A stretch of 64,000 nt of DNA. It comes from Oculatellaceae cyanobacterium bins.114. GTDB lineage: Bacteria > Cyanobacteriota > Cyanobacteriia > Elainellales > Elainellaceae. A program made the position numbers and the translations under genes. Below are positions 18,975 to 31,120 of this stretch, in pieces (positions within the stretch are counted from its first letter, which is position 1; every line of letters begins with the position of its first letter). The stretch covers positions 1 through 64,000 of the forward strand of contig JANRJA010000222.1 of the NCBI GenBank assembly GCA_033764315.1, read 5' to 3'. The notes under the pieces were generated by a model. The model was not told the DNA's origin. It worked only from the letters and a program-made list of their open reading frames with translations, and made no database searches.

Positions 18975-20321
18975 ATGGCTAATCACAAAGAGAACAATTT
19001 TTTTTTATACCACTTAGACACAGTGCATCATCGCATGGAACAGTTACATCAAACTGCTAGAGAGACATCCTGGCAACAACCAGAGTTAGTAACTGCTTGC
19101 TTACATGAGCTTCAGGTAGCATTAGAAGAATTGCAAATTGCTGAAGAAGAACTGTACAAACAAAATGAGCAACTCCTGACGGCTCGTCAGTCAGCTGAAG
19201 CGGAACAACAGCGTTACCAGGATTTATTTGAGTTTGCCCCTGATGGCTATTTGGTCACTGACCTTTACAGCACAATACGGGAAGCCAATCGAGTAGCTGC
19301 CTCTTTGCTGAATATTCATAGTAAATATCTGATCGGCAAGGCTTTAGCGTCTTTTGTCCCAGAAGTAGAGCGACGTGGTTTTCGGATGATGCTGAATCAA
19401 CTCCCTAGCATTGGTCGTGTGCAAGAGTGGGAGATCAAGTTGATGGCACGAAACCAACAGTTGTTTGATGCCGCATTAACGATTGAAACGGTGCGTGATG
19501 ATCAAGGACAAGCGATCGCTCTAAGGTGGCTATTGCGAGATATTACGGCTCGCAAGCTGGCAGAAGAGCAATTGCATCAGGTGCAACTGCAAAATCTGCA
19601 ATTGATCGAGGCCGATCGGCTCAAAAATCAGTTCATTGCCATGCTCTCTCATGAGCTAAGAACTCCCATGAATGCCATTTTGGGGTTCTCACAACTGTTG
19701 CTGCGACAGTTTCATCAGGAGTATGATCCCCAGATTATTCATATGGTCGAGCGCATTTTTAGCAACGGTCAGCACCTCCTCAAGCTGATCGAAGAGATGT
19801 TGGACTTTTCTAAACTCAAGGGAGATCACCTGGAACTGTGCTGCGAATCTTTTGATCTGGTTGAGCTGATTACAACCGCTACGCATGAATTGCAAGCATT
19901 GGCAGAACAAAAAAACTTGATGTTTCAGGTCAATTTATCTGCTCAATCCTCTATCTCAGTCGTAAACGATCGCACCCGATTGCGTCAGGTGTTGATTAAT
20001 CTATTAGCCAATGCAATCAAATTCACCGAGGCGGGTGGAGTATTTGTCGAAGTCTTTGAATTACCCGAAGGACGAGTAGTGATTGTCGTGCGTGATACCG
20101 GCATTGGCATTGATCCTCAAAACCAACATTTAGTTTTTCGAGAGTTTTGGCAAGTCAATCAAACGTTGACCCGCCGACACAGTGGCACTGGTTTAGGACT
20201 CCCCATCACCCAGGCTCTGGTCAGGCTTATGAAAGGCAGCATTGCCTTAGAGAGCCAGTCAGGGGTAGGCTCCATCTTTCGAGTAGAGTTGCCGCGTGAT
20301 GTGAGTGCGGTGAAAGCATAG
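18975..20321 (+). CDS. Coiled-coil/PAS sensor histidine kinase
   Basis: PAS YQDLFEFAPDGYLVTD; H box SHELRTPMN; N box NLLANAIKFT; G boxes DTGIGI and GTGLGL. Confidence 0.95.
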   Translation: MANHKENNFFLYHLDTVHHRMEQLHQTARETSWQQPELVTACLHELQVALEELQIAEEELYKQNEQLLTARQSAEAEQQRYQDLFEFAPDGYLVTDLYSTIREANRVAASLLNIHSKYLIGKALASFVPEVERRGFRMMLNQLPSIGRVQEWEIKLMARNQQLFDAALTIETVRDDQGQAIALRWLLRDITARKLAEEQLHQVQLQNLQLIEADRLKNQFIAMLSHELRTPMNAILGFSQLLLRQFHQEYDPQIIHMVERIFSNGQHLLKLIEEMLDFSKLKGDHLELCCESFDLVELITTATHELQALAEQKNLMFQVNLSAQSSISVVNDRTRLRQVLINLLANAIKFTEAGGVFVEVFELPEGRVVIVVRDTGIGIDPQNQHLVFREFWQVNQTLTRRHSGTGLGLPITQALVRLMKGSIALESQSGVGSIFRVELPRDVSAVKA

Positions 20322-20355
20322 TGTGACTGTAATCGTGACTGTAACGTTTAACTAG

Positions 20356-20727
20356 AGAAGTCCTTCAACCCTAACTTGCCCTTATTGTGGCGGGGTTTTA
20401 TGGGAGGTGCAGGATGGCAACTTGATTTGGTTTCGTTGCCATGTCGGGCAAGCCTATTCTAGCGGCAGTCTCCTATCGTTGCAGGCAGGCGATATTGAAA
20501 AGGGCTTGTGGTTAGCGATTCGGGCACTCGAAGAAAAAGCAGATCTGGCTCGCCGAATGGCATTTCAAGCTCGACAACAGAATCGGATGTTGTCTGAGGT
20601 GCAATTTTTAGAACGGGCACAAGAAGCACAGTCTCATGCTGATATGGCCGTAGCCACATTCAATGGGGCGGAGGCGAGTCAGAAAGCTTTCCCAGAATCA
20701 GGATTTGAGCCATTGCCTTTGCCTTAA
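20356..20727 (+). pseudogene. N-truncated remnant of a CheB-like methylesterase C-terminal domain
   Basis: Frame reads PSTLTCPYCGGVLWEVQDG..IWFRCHVGQAYS...LWLAIRALEEKA. In-frame TAG at 20353-20355 and no start codon before the CPxC motif. Confidence 0.7.
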
Positions 20728-20831
20728 GCTTTCTGACCAAAGCTATATTGTGCGTCAGGTGGTGATGAAACAGAAGGATGCTAGTAGTTAGTGCAAGTTA
20801 AAGCAGATATGAATGGGTTAGCTGAGATCGC

Positions 20832-21659
20832 CTAAGGCAACTCCGACTGCAATACCTCTGTCAGTTGGTCAGCAAACTCAGGACGAGCACCCAGAGGTTG
20901 AGCCATATAAAAGCAAACAGCGGGATGCTGGATACTTAATGCATTCACTTGCTGAGCGATCGCATCTGTGATCCCCCCGGCAAACAGGAAGTAAGGTAAA
21001 ACCGCAATATCACGACATCCTGCTTCTATCACCATCATGACTTGAGTTTCTAACCGGGGTTCCCGTGACCAATAAGCTGTCACTGCTCCAATCCGTTGAG
21101 CGATCGCCTCGACCAGATCATTGCCTTGCGATCGCCGACTACCATGCGCCACCAAAACCTTAGTTGCATGTGCAGGCACCTCACAGGCATTGACAATCAG
21201 CTGCTGAATCTGAGGATAGTGACCCACATGCAGGCATTGCTCAAGTGTGATGCGATGCTCTAAGCTCCGTTGGGCGATCGCCACCTCAGCGGGAATATCA
21301 TCGATCACATGTACCCCAGCTAACAAAAACAGGGGCAAAATCTTGACTGAGCCATAACCCAGAGCGATCGCCTGCTCAGCAAATTGCTGAATTTGTTGGT
21401 GCAAGGGCAATGGATGTAGCTCTAATACTGCTGTAGCAATGAGAGGAACAGGGGCAATGGCAGGTTCTATCACTTGTTGAGCGATTCCTGAGCGATCGCG
21501 CTTGACTGGATGCAACTCCCGCCCCTGTAACTCAGGCTCAAACAGCTCAAAGGACTGCAACCGAGCCGCCATTAGACTAGCTAGCGCATCCATTGCCTTT
21601 TGAGGTCGTGGATCACGACTACCATGCGAGACAAGGAGATAAGCAGAGGGATGTTTCAA
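20832..21659 (-). CDS. Sirohydrochlorin chelatase (CbiX/SirB family)
   Basis: LVSHGSRDP, LPLFLLAGVHV, second HGSR repeat, PYFLFAG; TTG start. Confidence 0.9.
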   Translation of the reverse strand: MKHPSAYLLVSHGSRDPRPQKAMDALASLMAARLQSFELFEPELQGRELHPVKRDRSGIAQQVIEPAIAPVPLIATAVLELHPLPLHQQIQQFAEQAIALGYGSVKILPLFLLAGVHVIDDIPAEVAIAQRSLEHRITLEQCLHVGHYPQIQQLIVNACEVPAHATKVLVAHGSRRSQGNDLVEAIAQRIGAVTAYWSREPRLETQVMMVIEAGCRDIAVLPYFLFAGGITDAIAQQVNALSIQHPAVCFYMAQPLGARPEFADQLTEVLQSELP

Positions 21660-21728
21660 GGTCGCTAGAAATAAAAAGATGATTCACTCTAGCAACCATG
21701 ATAGATAACTTTACTCCTCCATCGGGTC

Positions 21729-22283
21729 TCAATTGCCGTTGTTACTTTGAAATGCAGGGGTAAGGCTGTCGTGTGCCAGGAAATGATCGAGATGAAACGC
21801 GCGATCTTCTGTTTCTAGCAGAATCTTTTCGTACAAATAACGAGTGGCGCGATCGCCTAGACTTTCAGCTTGCCCTGCCTGCCGCCGAATCGTTTTAATA
21901 ATCTCTTGCTCTGCCGCTAAATCATGCACCACCATATCTCGGCAAGAATATACACCATCCGCTTCAGGTGCAAAACAACACAACTCTGCCAACTTGCTAA
22001 AACTAGCTGCTGGAACGCCTCCTAACCCATTTAGTCGTTCAGCCAACTCGTGCACGTGTCCCTGCACCTTGCCGTAGCTGTCTTCAAAAAATTCATGGAG
22101 TTGATAAAACTCAGCTCCTTCAACCACAAAATGATGTTTTTGATACTGTAAATACAAGGCTTGAAAGCTTGCCAATGTAATATTTAACCCCTCACAAATC
22201 GCTGGAGTAACACTTAGATCTAGTGCGATTGGGTTTTTTCGAATTTGATCAAACGGATGTAACACGACTCCACTCTCAGCCAT
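21729..22283 (-). CDS. dps: Dps-family DNA protection / mini-ferritin protein
   Basis: [21 protein letters not shown]...[12 protein letters not shown] ferroxidase pattern. Confidence 0.93.
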   Translation of the reverse strand: MAESGVVLHPFDQIRKNPIALDLSVTPAICEGLNITLASFQALYLQYQKHHFVVEGAEFYQLHEFFEDSYGKVQGHVHELAERLNGLGGVPAASFSKLAELCCFAPEADGVYSCRDMVVHDLAAEQEIIKTIRRQAGQAESLGDRATRYLYEKILLETEDRAFHLDHFLAHDSLTPAFQSNNGN

Positions 22284-22562
22284 AGCGATTTCCTCTAACG
22301 CACCTAATGAATATGATGTTTGGTTAGAGTTACTGTATCTAGATTTAACAGGGGAGTCAACCTTGATTTCTCCTTAGTAAAAAAGATTCTCAACTATGGC
22401 TTTAAGAAACTTGAATGGCTTCTAAAAAATAAATATTTTCTATTTTTTTGAGTAGCGAATCTTTCATCGAGAATTCGCTATGGTCAAGCTTCTAAAGAGA
22501 CATTGTTTTTGTAACAAATATTATAGAAAATCAGAACTCTCTTCAGAGTAAGCGAATAACTC

Positions 22563-23498
22563 TCAATGCATCTCTATCTCTTCAACTTCCCCAAAAGGGT
22601 TGGTATTACTAGGTGTTAGAGTCATCAAGTCTTCAATGTTGTGTAACATAGTGGCGCAAATGGTATCTAACGGCAAATCGTTAGGATCACGCCCAAACGG
22701 ATTCTCAATCTCAATTCCAATCTCTTCAATACCAAACAGGGTAAAGCTCACTAAGGCGACAATGAGTCCAGTCCACATATTTAAATCCTTCACAAACTGG
22801 AAGGGCAATGACAGACAGTAAATCAGCAATAATTGCTTTAGATGAATCGCATAAGCAAGGGGAATTGGGGTCTTTAAAATGCGTTCGCATCCCCCTAAAG
22901 CATCTACCATTTGATTTAACAATTCTTGCATTGCGTTGAGTTGATAAATATTGAGGCGATCGCCTCGATATTGCTGTTGCAAATAATCACCAATCCAAAA
23001 GGCAATCTCTAATGGCGGATTCAACATCTCCTTTAAGGTGAAGAATCGAGACGATGATAATAATGATTTCAATTCATCACCAATGGGTTCCTGTCGTAAA
23101 TGCAGCTTCATGGCGACAGCAAATGCCACCAACAATCGCAGGGTTGCCGCTTTTTCCTGGCGGTCTTGAGGCTTCTCTTCAAGAATCACAACCCAAACCT
23201 GACGCGCTAAATTGCGAATCGCATTATTCAAATTACCCCACAGTCGGCGACCTTCCCAAAACCGCTCATAGGCGGTGTTAGTCCGAAAGACCAGCATCAA
23301 ACCCAAAACAATATTGGGGATCAAGCTTGCCAAAATTGGCATTGAAACGGGGATTCCCGCATAGTAAAAGATTGAGATTAAAGTTCCAAACCCTCCGCAG
23401 ACAAAGGTGCGAGGCAGAATAGCCGGAATCACGGAGCCTCGTAGCTGCAAGGCATATCGAAACCAATGCCGTCGATCAGATAGTCGGTTTAAACCCAT
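22563..23498 (-). CDS. Bestrophin-family ion channel
   Basis: FRTNTAYERFWEGR, CERILKTPIPLAY, IENPFG.DPNDLPLD motifs. Confidence 0.95.
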   Translation of the reverse strand: MGLNRLSDRRHWFRYALQLRGSVIPAILPRTFVCGGFGTLISIFYYAGIPVSMPILASLIPNIVLGLMLVFRTNTAYERFWEGRRLWGNLNNAIRNLARQVWVVILEEKPQDRQEKAATLRLLVAFAVAMKLHLRQEPIGDELKSLLSSSRFFTLKEMLNPPLEIAFWIGDYLQQQYRGDRLNIYQLNAMQELLNQMVDALGGCERILKTPIPLAYAIHLKQLLLIYCLSLPFQFVKDLNMWTGLIVALVSFTLFGIEEIGIEIENPFGRDPNDLPLDTICATMLHNIEDLMTLTPSNTNPFGEVEEIEMH

Positions 23499-23633
23499 AA
23501 ACCCTCAATAGCTCAGCGTTTGCAGATAGACTAGTCGAGTAGTGTCATCCACCCATCAGGATGATTTTAGGAAACGATGAATCGTTTTTAGATAAAATCA
23601 GAGATCCACTCCCTGAGAAGACATTTTGAAGTC

Positions 23634-25052
23634 ATGAGCAAAGGCACACTGTTTGATAAAGTCTGGGACTTGCACACGGTTGGTACCCTTCCATCGGGAC
23701 AAACACAGCTTTTTATTGGGCTACACCTGATTCATGAAGTGACCAGCCCTCAGGCGTTTGCCATGCTGCGGGAGCGAGGGCTAAGCGTCATGTTTCCAGA
23801 ACGAACCATCGCCACGGTCGATCATATTGTGCCCACCGAAGATCAGGCACGCCCATTTGCTGATCCTCTCGCTGAGGAGATGATGCAAGCATTAGAGCAA
23901 AATTGCAAGAGCAACCATATCACTTTCTACAACATTGGCTCTGGCAGTCAGGGAATTGTGCATGTCATTGCCCCTGAACTGGGGCTAACCCAACCCGGCA
24001 TGACGATCGCTTGTGGAGATAGCCACACTTCGACTCACGGTGCTTTTGGGGCGATCGCCTTCGGCATTGGTACCAGCCAAGTACGAGATGTGTTAGCGTC
24101 TCAAACCCTGGCATTGGCTAAGCTCAAAGTTCGCAAAATCGAGGTCAACGGCACCCTAAATCCTGGTGTTTACGCCAAAGATGTTGTTTTGCACATCATT
24201 CGCACTTTGGGGGTCAAAGGCGGAGTTGGCTATGCTTATGAGTTTGCGGGCACTACCTTTGAGCAAATGAGCATGGAAGAACGCATGACCGTTTGTAACA
24301 TGTCTATTGAGGGCGGTGCCCGATGTGGTTACGTTAACCCTGATGCTGTCACGTTTGACTATCTCAAAGGTCGCGATTTTGCCCCTCAATCCGCCGCATG
24401 GGAGCAAGCCGTCACCTGGTGGACGAGCATTCGCAGTGATGCAGATGCTGAGTACGATGATGTCGTTGTTTTTGATGCGGTTGATATTCCACCTACAGTC
24501 ACCTGGGGGATCACGCCGGGTCAAGGCATTGGGGTCAATGAAACGGTGCCTGTCCTCGACGAGTTAACAGAAGACGAACGGGCGATCGCCAACGAAGCTT
24601 ATCAATATATGGATCTGGCTCCGGGGCAACCCATTCAAGGTACTAAAGTCGATGTTTGCTTTATTGGCAGTTGCACTAATGGGCGGATTAGTGACCTGCA
24701 AGAGGCGGCCAAAATTGCCAATGGTCGGCATGTCGCTAAGGGAGTCAAAGCGTTTGTGGTGCCGGGGTCAGAACGGGTCAAGCAACAAGCCGAGGCAGAA
24801 GGACTCGACCAAATCTTTTTGGCGGCAGGGTTTGAGTGGCGGGAACCTGGTTGCTCTATGTGCCTTGCTATGAACCCAGACAAGCTGCAAGGTCGGCAGA
24901 TCAGTGCATCTTCGTCTAATCGCAACTTTAAGGGTCGTCAAGGATCTTCATCGGGTCGCACGTTGTTGATGAGTCCAGCAATGGTTGTCGCGGCTGCCGT
25001 CACTGGTGAAGTAACGGATATCCGAAAACTGCTCACTGAAGCTAACTCTTAG
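23634..25052 (+). CDS. leuC: 3-isopropylmalate dehydratase large subunit
   Basis: [45 protein letters not shown]. Confidence 0.98.
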   Translation: MSKGTLFDKVWDLHTVGTLPSGQTQLFIGLHLIHEVTSPQAFAMLRERGLSVMFPERTIATVDHIVPTEDQARPFADPLAEEMMQALEQNCKSNHITFYNIGSGSQGIVHVIAPELGLTQPGMTIACGDSHTSTHGAFGAIAFGIGTSQVRDVLASQTLALAKLKVRKIEVNGTLNPGVYAKDVVLHIIRTLGVKGGVGYAYEFAGTTFEQMSMEERMTVCNMSIEGGARCGYVNPDAVTFDYLKGRDFAPQSAAWEQAVTWWTSIRSDADAEYDDVVVFDAVDIPPTVTWGITPGQGIGVNETVPVLDELTEDERAIANEAYQYMDLAPGQPIQGTKVDVCFIGSCTNGRISDLQEAAKIANGRHVAKGVKAFVVPGSERVKQQAEAEGLDQIFLAAGFEWREPGCSMCLAMNPDKLQGRQISASSSNRNFKGRQGSSSGRTLLMSPAMVVAAAVTGEVTDIRKLLTEANS

Positions 25053-25155
25053 ACCCAAGAGAATCCAAGCGAAAAGGAAAGCGTAGGGTTAGGGGCAAGC
25101 ATTGGCAACACGATGACCGGACTTGCCCCATGCTTTTGCCCTTGCTAGATCAGGC

Positions 25156-28100
25156 TCACACCCCTGAGCAAATTTGCTTGAGTTTCAAAACTTCGAGATT
25201 CAAGGCAATCTGCACCTGTTTAAACTCTGTCTCAATTTGCCCCACACAACTTTCCCCAGCAAATGCCCACGTTTGTAGCGATTTTTCTAACCCTTGACAA
25301 AGACGACTGAGTTTATCTGCCCCCAGTGTTGCACTACTCGATTTGAGCGTGTGAGCAGCTTGTTTGAGTGCGATCGCATTTCGCTCGATAAAAGCACTCT
25401 TGAGAGAATCAACAAGTTTGGGGGCATCTTCGAGATAACACTCAATCATCTCAATCATGAAGACGGACGCTCCTTCACCCGCAATCTGGTAAGCCGTTTC
25501 CTCTAACGTATAGCGATTTAAGGTGTTCAAAGTATCGACATTTTCAACAATAATATCTGTGAACAATGCTCTTGACTGAACAGGTTGAAATCGGCGATCG
25601 GCACGAGAAGCGTTAGCTTCAATCAAAAATTCACAATCATAACAAGCTGCTCTGGGATGAGAGGTTGGGTGACATTTTTCTAAAGCGGCAACCAATTTTT
25701 CAAGACGGATGGGTTTGCTGATATAGTCGTCCATTCCCGCTTGAAAGCACTCTTCGCGATCGCCCTGCATCGCATTGGCTGTCATGGCAATAATATGAGG
25801 ACGTAAACCCGGTTCCCAAGTTTGAGCAATCAGGCGAGTAGCACTCAAACCGTCCATCTCTGGCATTTGCACATCCATAAACACAACGTCATAGGCTTGT
25901 CGTTGCAGTGCCTCTAGTGCCTCTATACCATTGCCAGCTACATCTGCTCGATAACCCAATCGCTCTAACAACAACAGGGCAATTTTTTGATTGACCGCAT
26001 TATCTTCAACGAGCAAAATCCGCAGAGGAAGTCGTTCTGCTAGAGGCGGTTCAGTCGGTATAGAGGTTGGAGCCGTCAAAGGCGGCAGTTGATCTGCAAA
26101 AATTCCCATCAGCACATTATAAAACTGAGACTGCTTGACAGGTTGATGCAGATGCGAAGTGAAAAGAAGCTCTAACTCAGCCGCAGCCAGTTTAGGGGAA
26201 TAGTTGGAGGTCAGCAAGATGAGAGGAACGGCACTGCCTTGAGGATGTTGGCGGATTGCCGTTGTTAAGGGTTGCCCATCGGCTGCCAAAGCCTGTTGGT
26301 GAAAGATAACGGCATCAAAAGAGGGATCGGTTTGCAAACAACTCAGCACTTCTGACCCAGAGTGAGCCATTTGTACTTGAATGCCCCAGTTTTGGGCTTG
26401 CGATCGCAAGTTTTCGCGTCGTGTCACATTGTGATCTAACAGCAATAATCGTTTGCCTACCAAAGGAGAGTCAGCTGGGCTGGAAGGTGGAGTATCGGAT
26501 GAAGCTTGCACCAGAATGCAGAAGTAAAAGGTGGTTCCCCGTCCCAATTCGCTATCAACCCAAATTCGACCGCCCATCATTTCGCACAAACGCTGGCAAA
26601 TGACCAGTCCCAATCCGGTGCCCCCATGAGTGCGACTGATCGAAGAATCGACTTGCGTAAAGGGTTGAAATAGGCAGTCGAGGCGATCGGAGGGAATGCC
26701 AACGCCTGTATCTTTAACACTAAACAAAACACTATAAGTAGAGCCAGCTTCACCCTCAGTATCAGCCTGTCGCGTGAGCTTGTGAGCTTTGACTGAAATG
26801 GTTACTTCTCCTGTTGGGGTAAACTTGACCGCATTGCTAACCAAATTGACTAAAATCTGGCGTAGACGAGTGCTGTCGCTCACGACCAACTCAGGTGTAT
26901 GAGGATCCATGACATAGGCCAGTTCTAAGCCTTTTTGGTTGGCCTTAGGAGCCAGCAAATCTAACGCCTCTTCGATGCAAGTACGCAGGTTAAATGGGTG
27001 TTGCTCTAGTTCTAACTTGCCCGACTCAATTTTAGAGAAGTCTAAAATGCCGTTGATGATGGTTAAGAGAGCATCACTACTATGTCGAATAGTTTGCACT
27101 AAATCGAGTTGTTGAGCCGTCAAAGGGGTTTCTAGTAAAATTCCTGCCATCCCAATGACAGCATTCATCGGAGTCCGAATTTCATGGCTCATCATCGCTA
27201 AGAAATCGCTCTTAGCTCGATTAGCACTGTCGGCTGTATGTTTTGCTTGCTCTAATGCTAGATTTTGGGCTGTTAATTTTTCCCGTTGTTGCGTTTCTTG
27301 CTGAAGCAACCGAGCTTGCTCTAAAGCAATGCCAACCTGGTCAGCGATCGCCCCCAATAACTCAATCTCTTCAGCCGTCCAATGACGATTGTTGCTGTAA
27401 TGGTGAATGCCGATGATGCCGTTAGGTTTACCTTGATAGGAGGTCCGTACTGCCAAAGTGGATTTGAGAGCAACCGGAATGGGACAGCAGGGCATCCAGG
27501 CGAGGTCGGTCGTCAAAGGAGGTTGTAACAGTGGCTCATTTTGCACATCAGCGGAGGCAAACACCTGATCATCTGCTAAAACTCGCTCAATGTAAGGATT
27601 ATTCACAACTGAGGTTTCAAATCCGACTAAAGGGGAATACCCAGGTTCACAATACTCCGCCTTGATGGGAACACAAGGAATTGGCTCAGCTACATAGGTG
27701 TGAATCGTGCAACGGTTAACCCGAAAGGTTTCACCAATTTGGGTCGCCGTCGTTTGAACGATCTGATCGGCATCCAGACTTTCGCGAATCTGTTCTGTAA
27801 TGCGCTTTAATAGGGCTGCTTGCTCAACTTGTCGTTGCAAAGCGATCGCGACTTGTTGCTGTTCTAATTCTCCGCCACACCATTGTGCCATCAATTTTAA
27901 TAGCTCTCGATCAACCGCCTTAAACGGAGTAGAACGAGGGCAATGACTCAGAAAGCAAAGCGTCCCGTAAGCCTGTCCACCCATTAAAATTCGCATCCCA
28001 AAATAGCTTTCAAGTTGAAAAGCCGCATAAGCAGGATGATGGCACCACTCTGACTGACTGACATGACAAACACTTAAAGGGTCAAGGGATTGTAGGGTTT

Positions 28101-29124
28101 CGATGCAAAAAGTTCGTTGAGCATCAAAGCAATCACCAGCCACAATGGATTGGTCTGGCGTTTGAGCACTAATCACGGTGTAATGTCTATTTTCGATATG
28201 AGCTAAAAAGCCATACTCCATTGCAAAATGCTGACAACCCATCATCAGCAATTGTTGAAACCGCTGTTCAATGGTTAAATCAGCAGCGGTTGTAATGTCA
28301 TACAAAGCTCGAATGAGGGCTTCATTTTCTTTTGACTGTTCCTCGCTGGCTTGTAAGGCTTCGGTCTTACTCTGAATGCAATCAGCCATTTGGTTAAAAG
28401 CGATCGCAATTTGAGCTAGCTCATCGGCACCTTGTAATTGTGCCCGACGGCTCAATTCTCCACGCATCAAACTATTACTAGCTGTGACTAAGCGGGCAGC
28501 TCGTTGAGTCAGAGTTCGATTTAGAAAAAACCATGCAATCAGACAAAACAAGACCAACTTAGCTGTAAATTCAAGCGATCGCTGGATAGCATCTGCCGAG
28601 GCACGGTGCTTCAGAGCAGACATATTATATTCTAGCCAGAGAATGCCAATCTCAGGTTCAGCCTCTCCTTGCTCTGGCTTGAGCAACACGGGGTACAAGC
28701 CCGACACGGCTTGCCGATCTTTAGACAACAGCAGTTGCTCTGTATGGGTTGCTCTTACCCGCAAAAATTCTGATATATAGTTAGCCGCAGGAGTATCTTG
28801 AATGGGGCGATCGCGCCATGTTTCCTGATTTGCCAGCAAGACCCGGTTATTCTCGCCGTACAACACACTGAAGCTCAAATTGGCATCGCTTCGCATATTG
28901 CAAATAACAATCTCAGCTTGCTCGATGTCACCTTTGCGATAAAGGTATTCCAACACTTTAACCGTTTGAGCAGCCGCAGATTGGGTACTGCGAATGGCAT
29001 CTTCTTCAGCGCGTTGAAAGGATTGTGAAATTTCGCGTTGAGCGTTGGCTAACCCTAAAATTGTGCCGAGAACCAGTAAGGTCGCTGGGATTGAGACTCG
29101 CAGTGGAAATGGAAAGTGCTTCAT
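25156..29124 (-). CDS. Membrane hybrid histidine kinase (TM-HAMP-GAF-GAF-HK-degenerate REC-REC-Hpt)
   Basis: [34 protein letters not shown]; intact second REC FMDVQMP; Hpt AAHTLKSSS. Confidence 0.95.
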   Translation of the reverse strand: MKHFPFPLRVSIPATLLVLGTILGLANAQREISQSFQRAEEDAIRSTQSAAAQTVKVLEYLYRKGDIEQAEIVICNMRSDANLSFSVLYGENNRVLLANQETWRDRPIQDTPAANYISEFLRVRATHTEQLLLSKDRQAVSGLYPVLLKPEQGEAEPEIGILWLEYNMSALKHRASADAIQRSLEFTAKLVLFCLIAWFFLNRTLTQRAARLVTASNSLMRGELSRRAQLQGADELAQIAIAFNQMADCIQSKTEALQASEEQSKENEALIRALYDITTAADLTIEQRFQQLLMMGCQHFAMEYGFLAHIENRHYTVISAQTPDQSIVAGDCFDAQRTFCIETLQSLDPLSVCHVSQSEWCHHPAYAAFQLESYFGMRILMGGQAYGTLCFLSHCPRSTPFKAVDRELLKLMAQWCGGELEQQQVAIALQRQVEQAALLKRITEQIRESLDADQIVQTTATQIGETFRVNRCTIHTYVAEPIPCVPIKAEYCEPGYSPLVGFETSVVNNPYIERVLADDQVFASADVQNEPLLQPPLTTDLAWMPCCPIPVALKSTLAVRTSYQGKPNGIIGIHHYSNNRHWTAEEIELLGAIADQVGIALEQARLLQQETQQREKLTAQNLALEQAKHTADSANRAKSDFLAMMSHEIRTPMNAVIGMAGILLETPLTAQQLDLVQTIRHSSDALLTIINGILDFSKIESGKLELEQHPFNLRTCIEEALDLLAPKANQKGLELAYVMDPHTPELVVSDSTRLRQILVNLVSNAVKFTPTGEVTISVKAHKLTRQADTEGEAGSTYSVLFSVKDTGVGIPSDRLDCLFQPFTQVDSSISRTHGGTGLGLVICQRLCEMMGGRIWVDSELGRGTTFYFCILVQASSDTPPSSPADSPLVGKRLLLLDHNVTRRENLRSQAQNWGIQVQMAHSGSEVLSCLQTDPSFDAVIFHQQALAADGQPLTTAIRQHPQGSAVPLILLTSNYSPKLAAAELELLFTSHLHQPVKQSQFYNVLMGIFADQLPPLTAPTSIPTEPPLAERLPLRILLVEDNAVNQKIALLLLERLGYRADVAGNGIEALEALQRQAYDVVFMDVQMPEMDGLSATRLIAQTWEPGLRPHIIAMTANAMQGDREECFQAGMDDYISKPIRLEKLVAALEKCHPTSHPRAACYDCEFLIEANASRADRRFQPVQSRALFTDIIVENVDTLNTLNRYTLEETAYQIAGEGASVFMIEMIECYLEDAPKLVDSLKSAFIERNAIALKQAAHTLKSSSATLGADKLSRLCQGLEKSLQTWAFAGESCVGQIETEFKQVQIALNLEVLKLKQICSGV

Positions 29125-29496
29125 AAAGTGATGTGAGAAATAACCTCAGGAGCAGATGCCATCAAAAATGGGGTACTTAATATCCAAAAAACCGACTGAA
29201 CCCATCATTAAAATAGGTTTCCCAAAGAGCCGTTAATCTCAACGTTGATAACAGGGCAAGGATGATTTAGGCACTTGTGAATGAATTTGCGGCTATCAAG
29301 ACGAGTTGAATGGGTATTAATCGCCAAAATGCTGATCTCGGATTTACGTTAAAGTAAACTAAATACCGAGCATTGGCTCTGCTCAACCCTTTTGGAGCAC
29401 TGATTTTGAGCATTGAGCGACTCGTCTTGAGCCAGTTGAATGGGAGTCAAAAGGCGTCTTACCAATTAATTCTGCTTTCCGGCTTACTTTCTCTGG

Positions 29497-29543
29497 CTAT
29501 AGCAGTCCTAAATCATGTGTGAGATTGGCAGGTTGGGATTGCT
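29497..29543. mobile_element. Family B MITE, internally deleted copy
   Basis: ctatagcagtcctaaatcatgtgtgagattggcaggttgggattgct, near-identical to the left part and right end of 3498-3567. Confidence 0.7.
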
Positions 29544-29622
29544 TATTATGTTTGGCTCAAGTGATAACGGCTAGAGTAGGCTCAAGAAAATAACCCTTTT
29601 CTCCAGTCAAGGACACCGTATT

Positions 29623-30987
29623 ATGACATTGCCCGATGGTCCACAAACTCCTTACTGGTTGAGGGTGATTCGACTGATTGCCCAACCTTTGCAGTATCTG
29701 GAAGAGTATCAGCGTCGCTATGGCGATCTCTTTTTGATTCGTGGAACCACATCTTCAGTGGTGTATTTGAACCATCCCACTGCCATTCAAACCGTCTTTG
29801 CCGCAGAGCCAGACCAGTTTAGAAGCGGCACCGGAGGTCAGGTTTTGAAGTTTCTTTTAGGAGACTCGTCGGTCATTATGGTGGATGGCGATCGCCACCA
29901 ACAGCAGCGGCGATTATTGTTACCGCCCTTTCACGGCGATCGCTTAAAGACTTACAGCCAACTCATTTGTGATGTTACCCAGCAGGTGACAGGCGACTGG
30001 AAAGTGGGGCAACCCTTTCGAGTGCGACCTGTGATGCAGGAGATCACCCTGCGAATTATTTTGCAAGCTGTGTTTGGTTTAAGTGAGGGCGATCGCTATG
30101 ACCAGTTACAGCGTTTGTTAGGTGCTTTGCTTGATTCACTGGGTTCGTCCCTGAGTGCATCCCTGATTTTCCTCCCTGCCCTGCGCCAAGACTGGGGCAA
30201 CTGGAGTCCGTGGGGGCGGTTTGTGCGACTAAAACAACAAGTCGATCGCCTGATTTATGAGGAGATTCGCGATCGCCAGAGGCAGCACGATTCATCAAAA
30301 GCTGACATATTATCACTCTTAATGGCGGCTCGAGATGAGGCGGGGCAACCCATGTCTGAGCAAGAGTTGCGAGATGAGTTGATTACGCTGTTGCTAGCGG
30401 GTCATGAAACTACTGCTTCTGCTTTGTCCTGGGCTTTGTATTGGGTTCACAAACAGCCTGATGTAGAGGAAAAATTGCGATTGGAGTTAGACGAGTTGGA
30501 AGCCAGTGTTGAACTGGATAAAATAGCACGAGCTACGGCTTGGGGGCGATCGCCCTATTTAACTGCCGTTTGTCAGGAAACGTTGCGGATTTATCCAGTG
30601 ACTTTAACAACCGGAATACGGGTTCTGAAATCTCCTTTGGAGGTGATGGGATATCAATTAGAGGCAGGTATGGCTTTGTTTCCCTGTACTTACCTCGTCC
30701 ATCAGCGGGAGGATCTCTATCCCCAACCCAAACAATTCATGCCTGAGCGATTTTTGCAGCGACAGTTTGCCCCTCATGAATACATGCCCTTTGGGGGTGG
30801 ACACCGTTATTGTATTGGAGCCGCTTTTGCAATGCTAGAGATGAAGCTAGTGTTAGCGACCATTTTGCAACAGTGGCAGCTTTCCTTAACCTCGTCTCGA
30901 CCGATCAAACCAGTTCGTCGGGGCTTAACCATCGCCCCCCAAAGTCGGCTTGAATTGGTCGCCACAGCACGACAAACTAATGGATAG
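29623..30987 (+). CDS. Cytochrome P450 (CYP110-like)
   Basis: I-helix AGHETTA, K-helix ETLR, PERF, heme motif FGGGHRYCIG. Confidence 0.96.
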   Translation: MTLPDGPQTPYWLRVIRLIAQPLQYLEEYQRRYGDLFLIRGTTSSVVYLNHPTAIQTVFAAEPDQFRSGTGGQVLKFLLGDSSVIMVDGDRHQQQRRLLLPPFHGDRLKTYSQLICDVTQQVTGDWKVGQPFRVRPVMQEITLRIILQAVFGLSEGDRYDQLQRLLGALLDSLGSSLSASLIFLPALRQDWGNWSPWGRFVRLKQQVDRLIYEEIRDRQRQHDSSKADILSLLMAARDEAGQPMSEQELRDELITLLLAGHETTASALSWALYWVHKQPDVEEKLRLELDELEASVELDKIARATAWGRSPYLTAVCQETLRIYPVTLTTGIRVLKSPLEVMGYQLEAGMALFPCTYLVHQREDLYPQPKQFMPERFLQRQFAPHEYMPFGGGHRYCIGAAFAMLEMKLVLATILQQWQLSLTSSRPIKPVRRGLTIAPQSRLELVATARQTNG

Positions 30988-31033
30988 GTACCACGAATTT
31001 GGGATCAGGATGTTGGCGGTCTAAAGTGCCACT

Positions 31034-31072
31034 CCACTGACTGTCAGATGCACCCCACGTTAAGTCAGTGGA
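31034..31072. terminator. Hairpin between convergent genes
   Basis: tccactgact...agtcagtgga inverted repeat; could instead be a repeat-element remnant. Confidence 0.4.
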
Positions 31073-31120
31073 TACATTTGACTAGACCAACTGACTTAAA
31101 AATGCACATCTTTAACCTCT

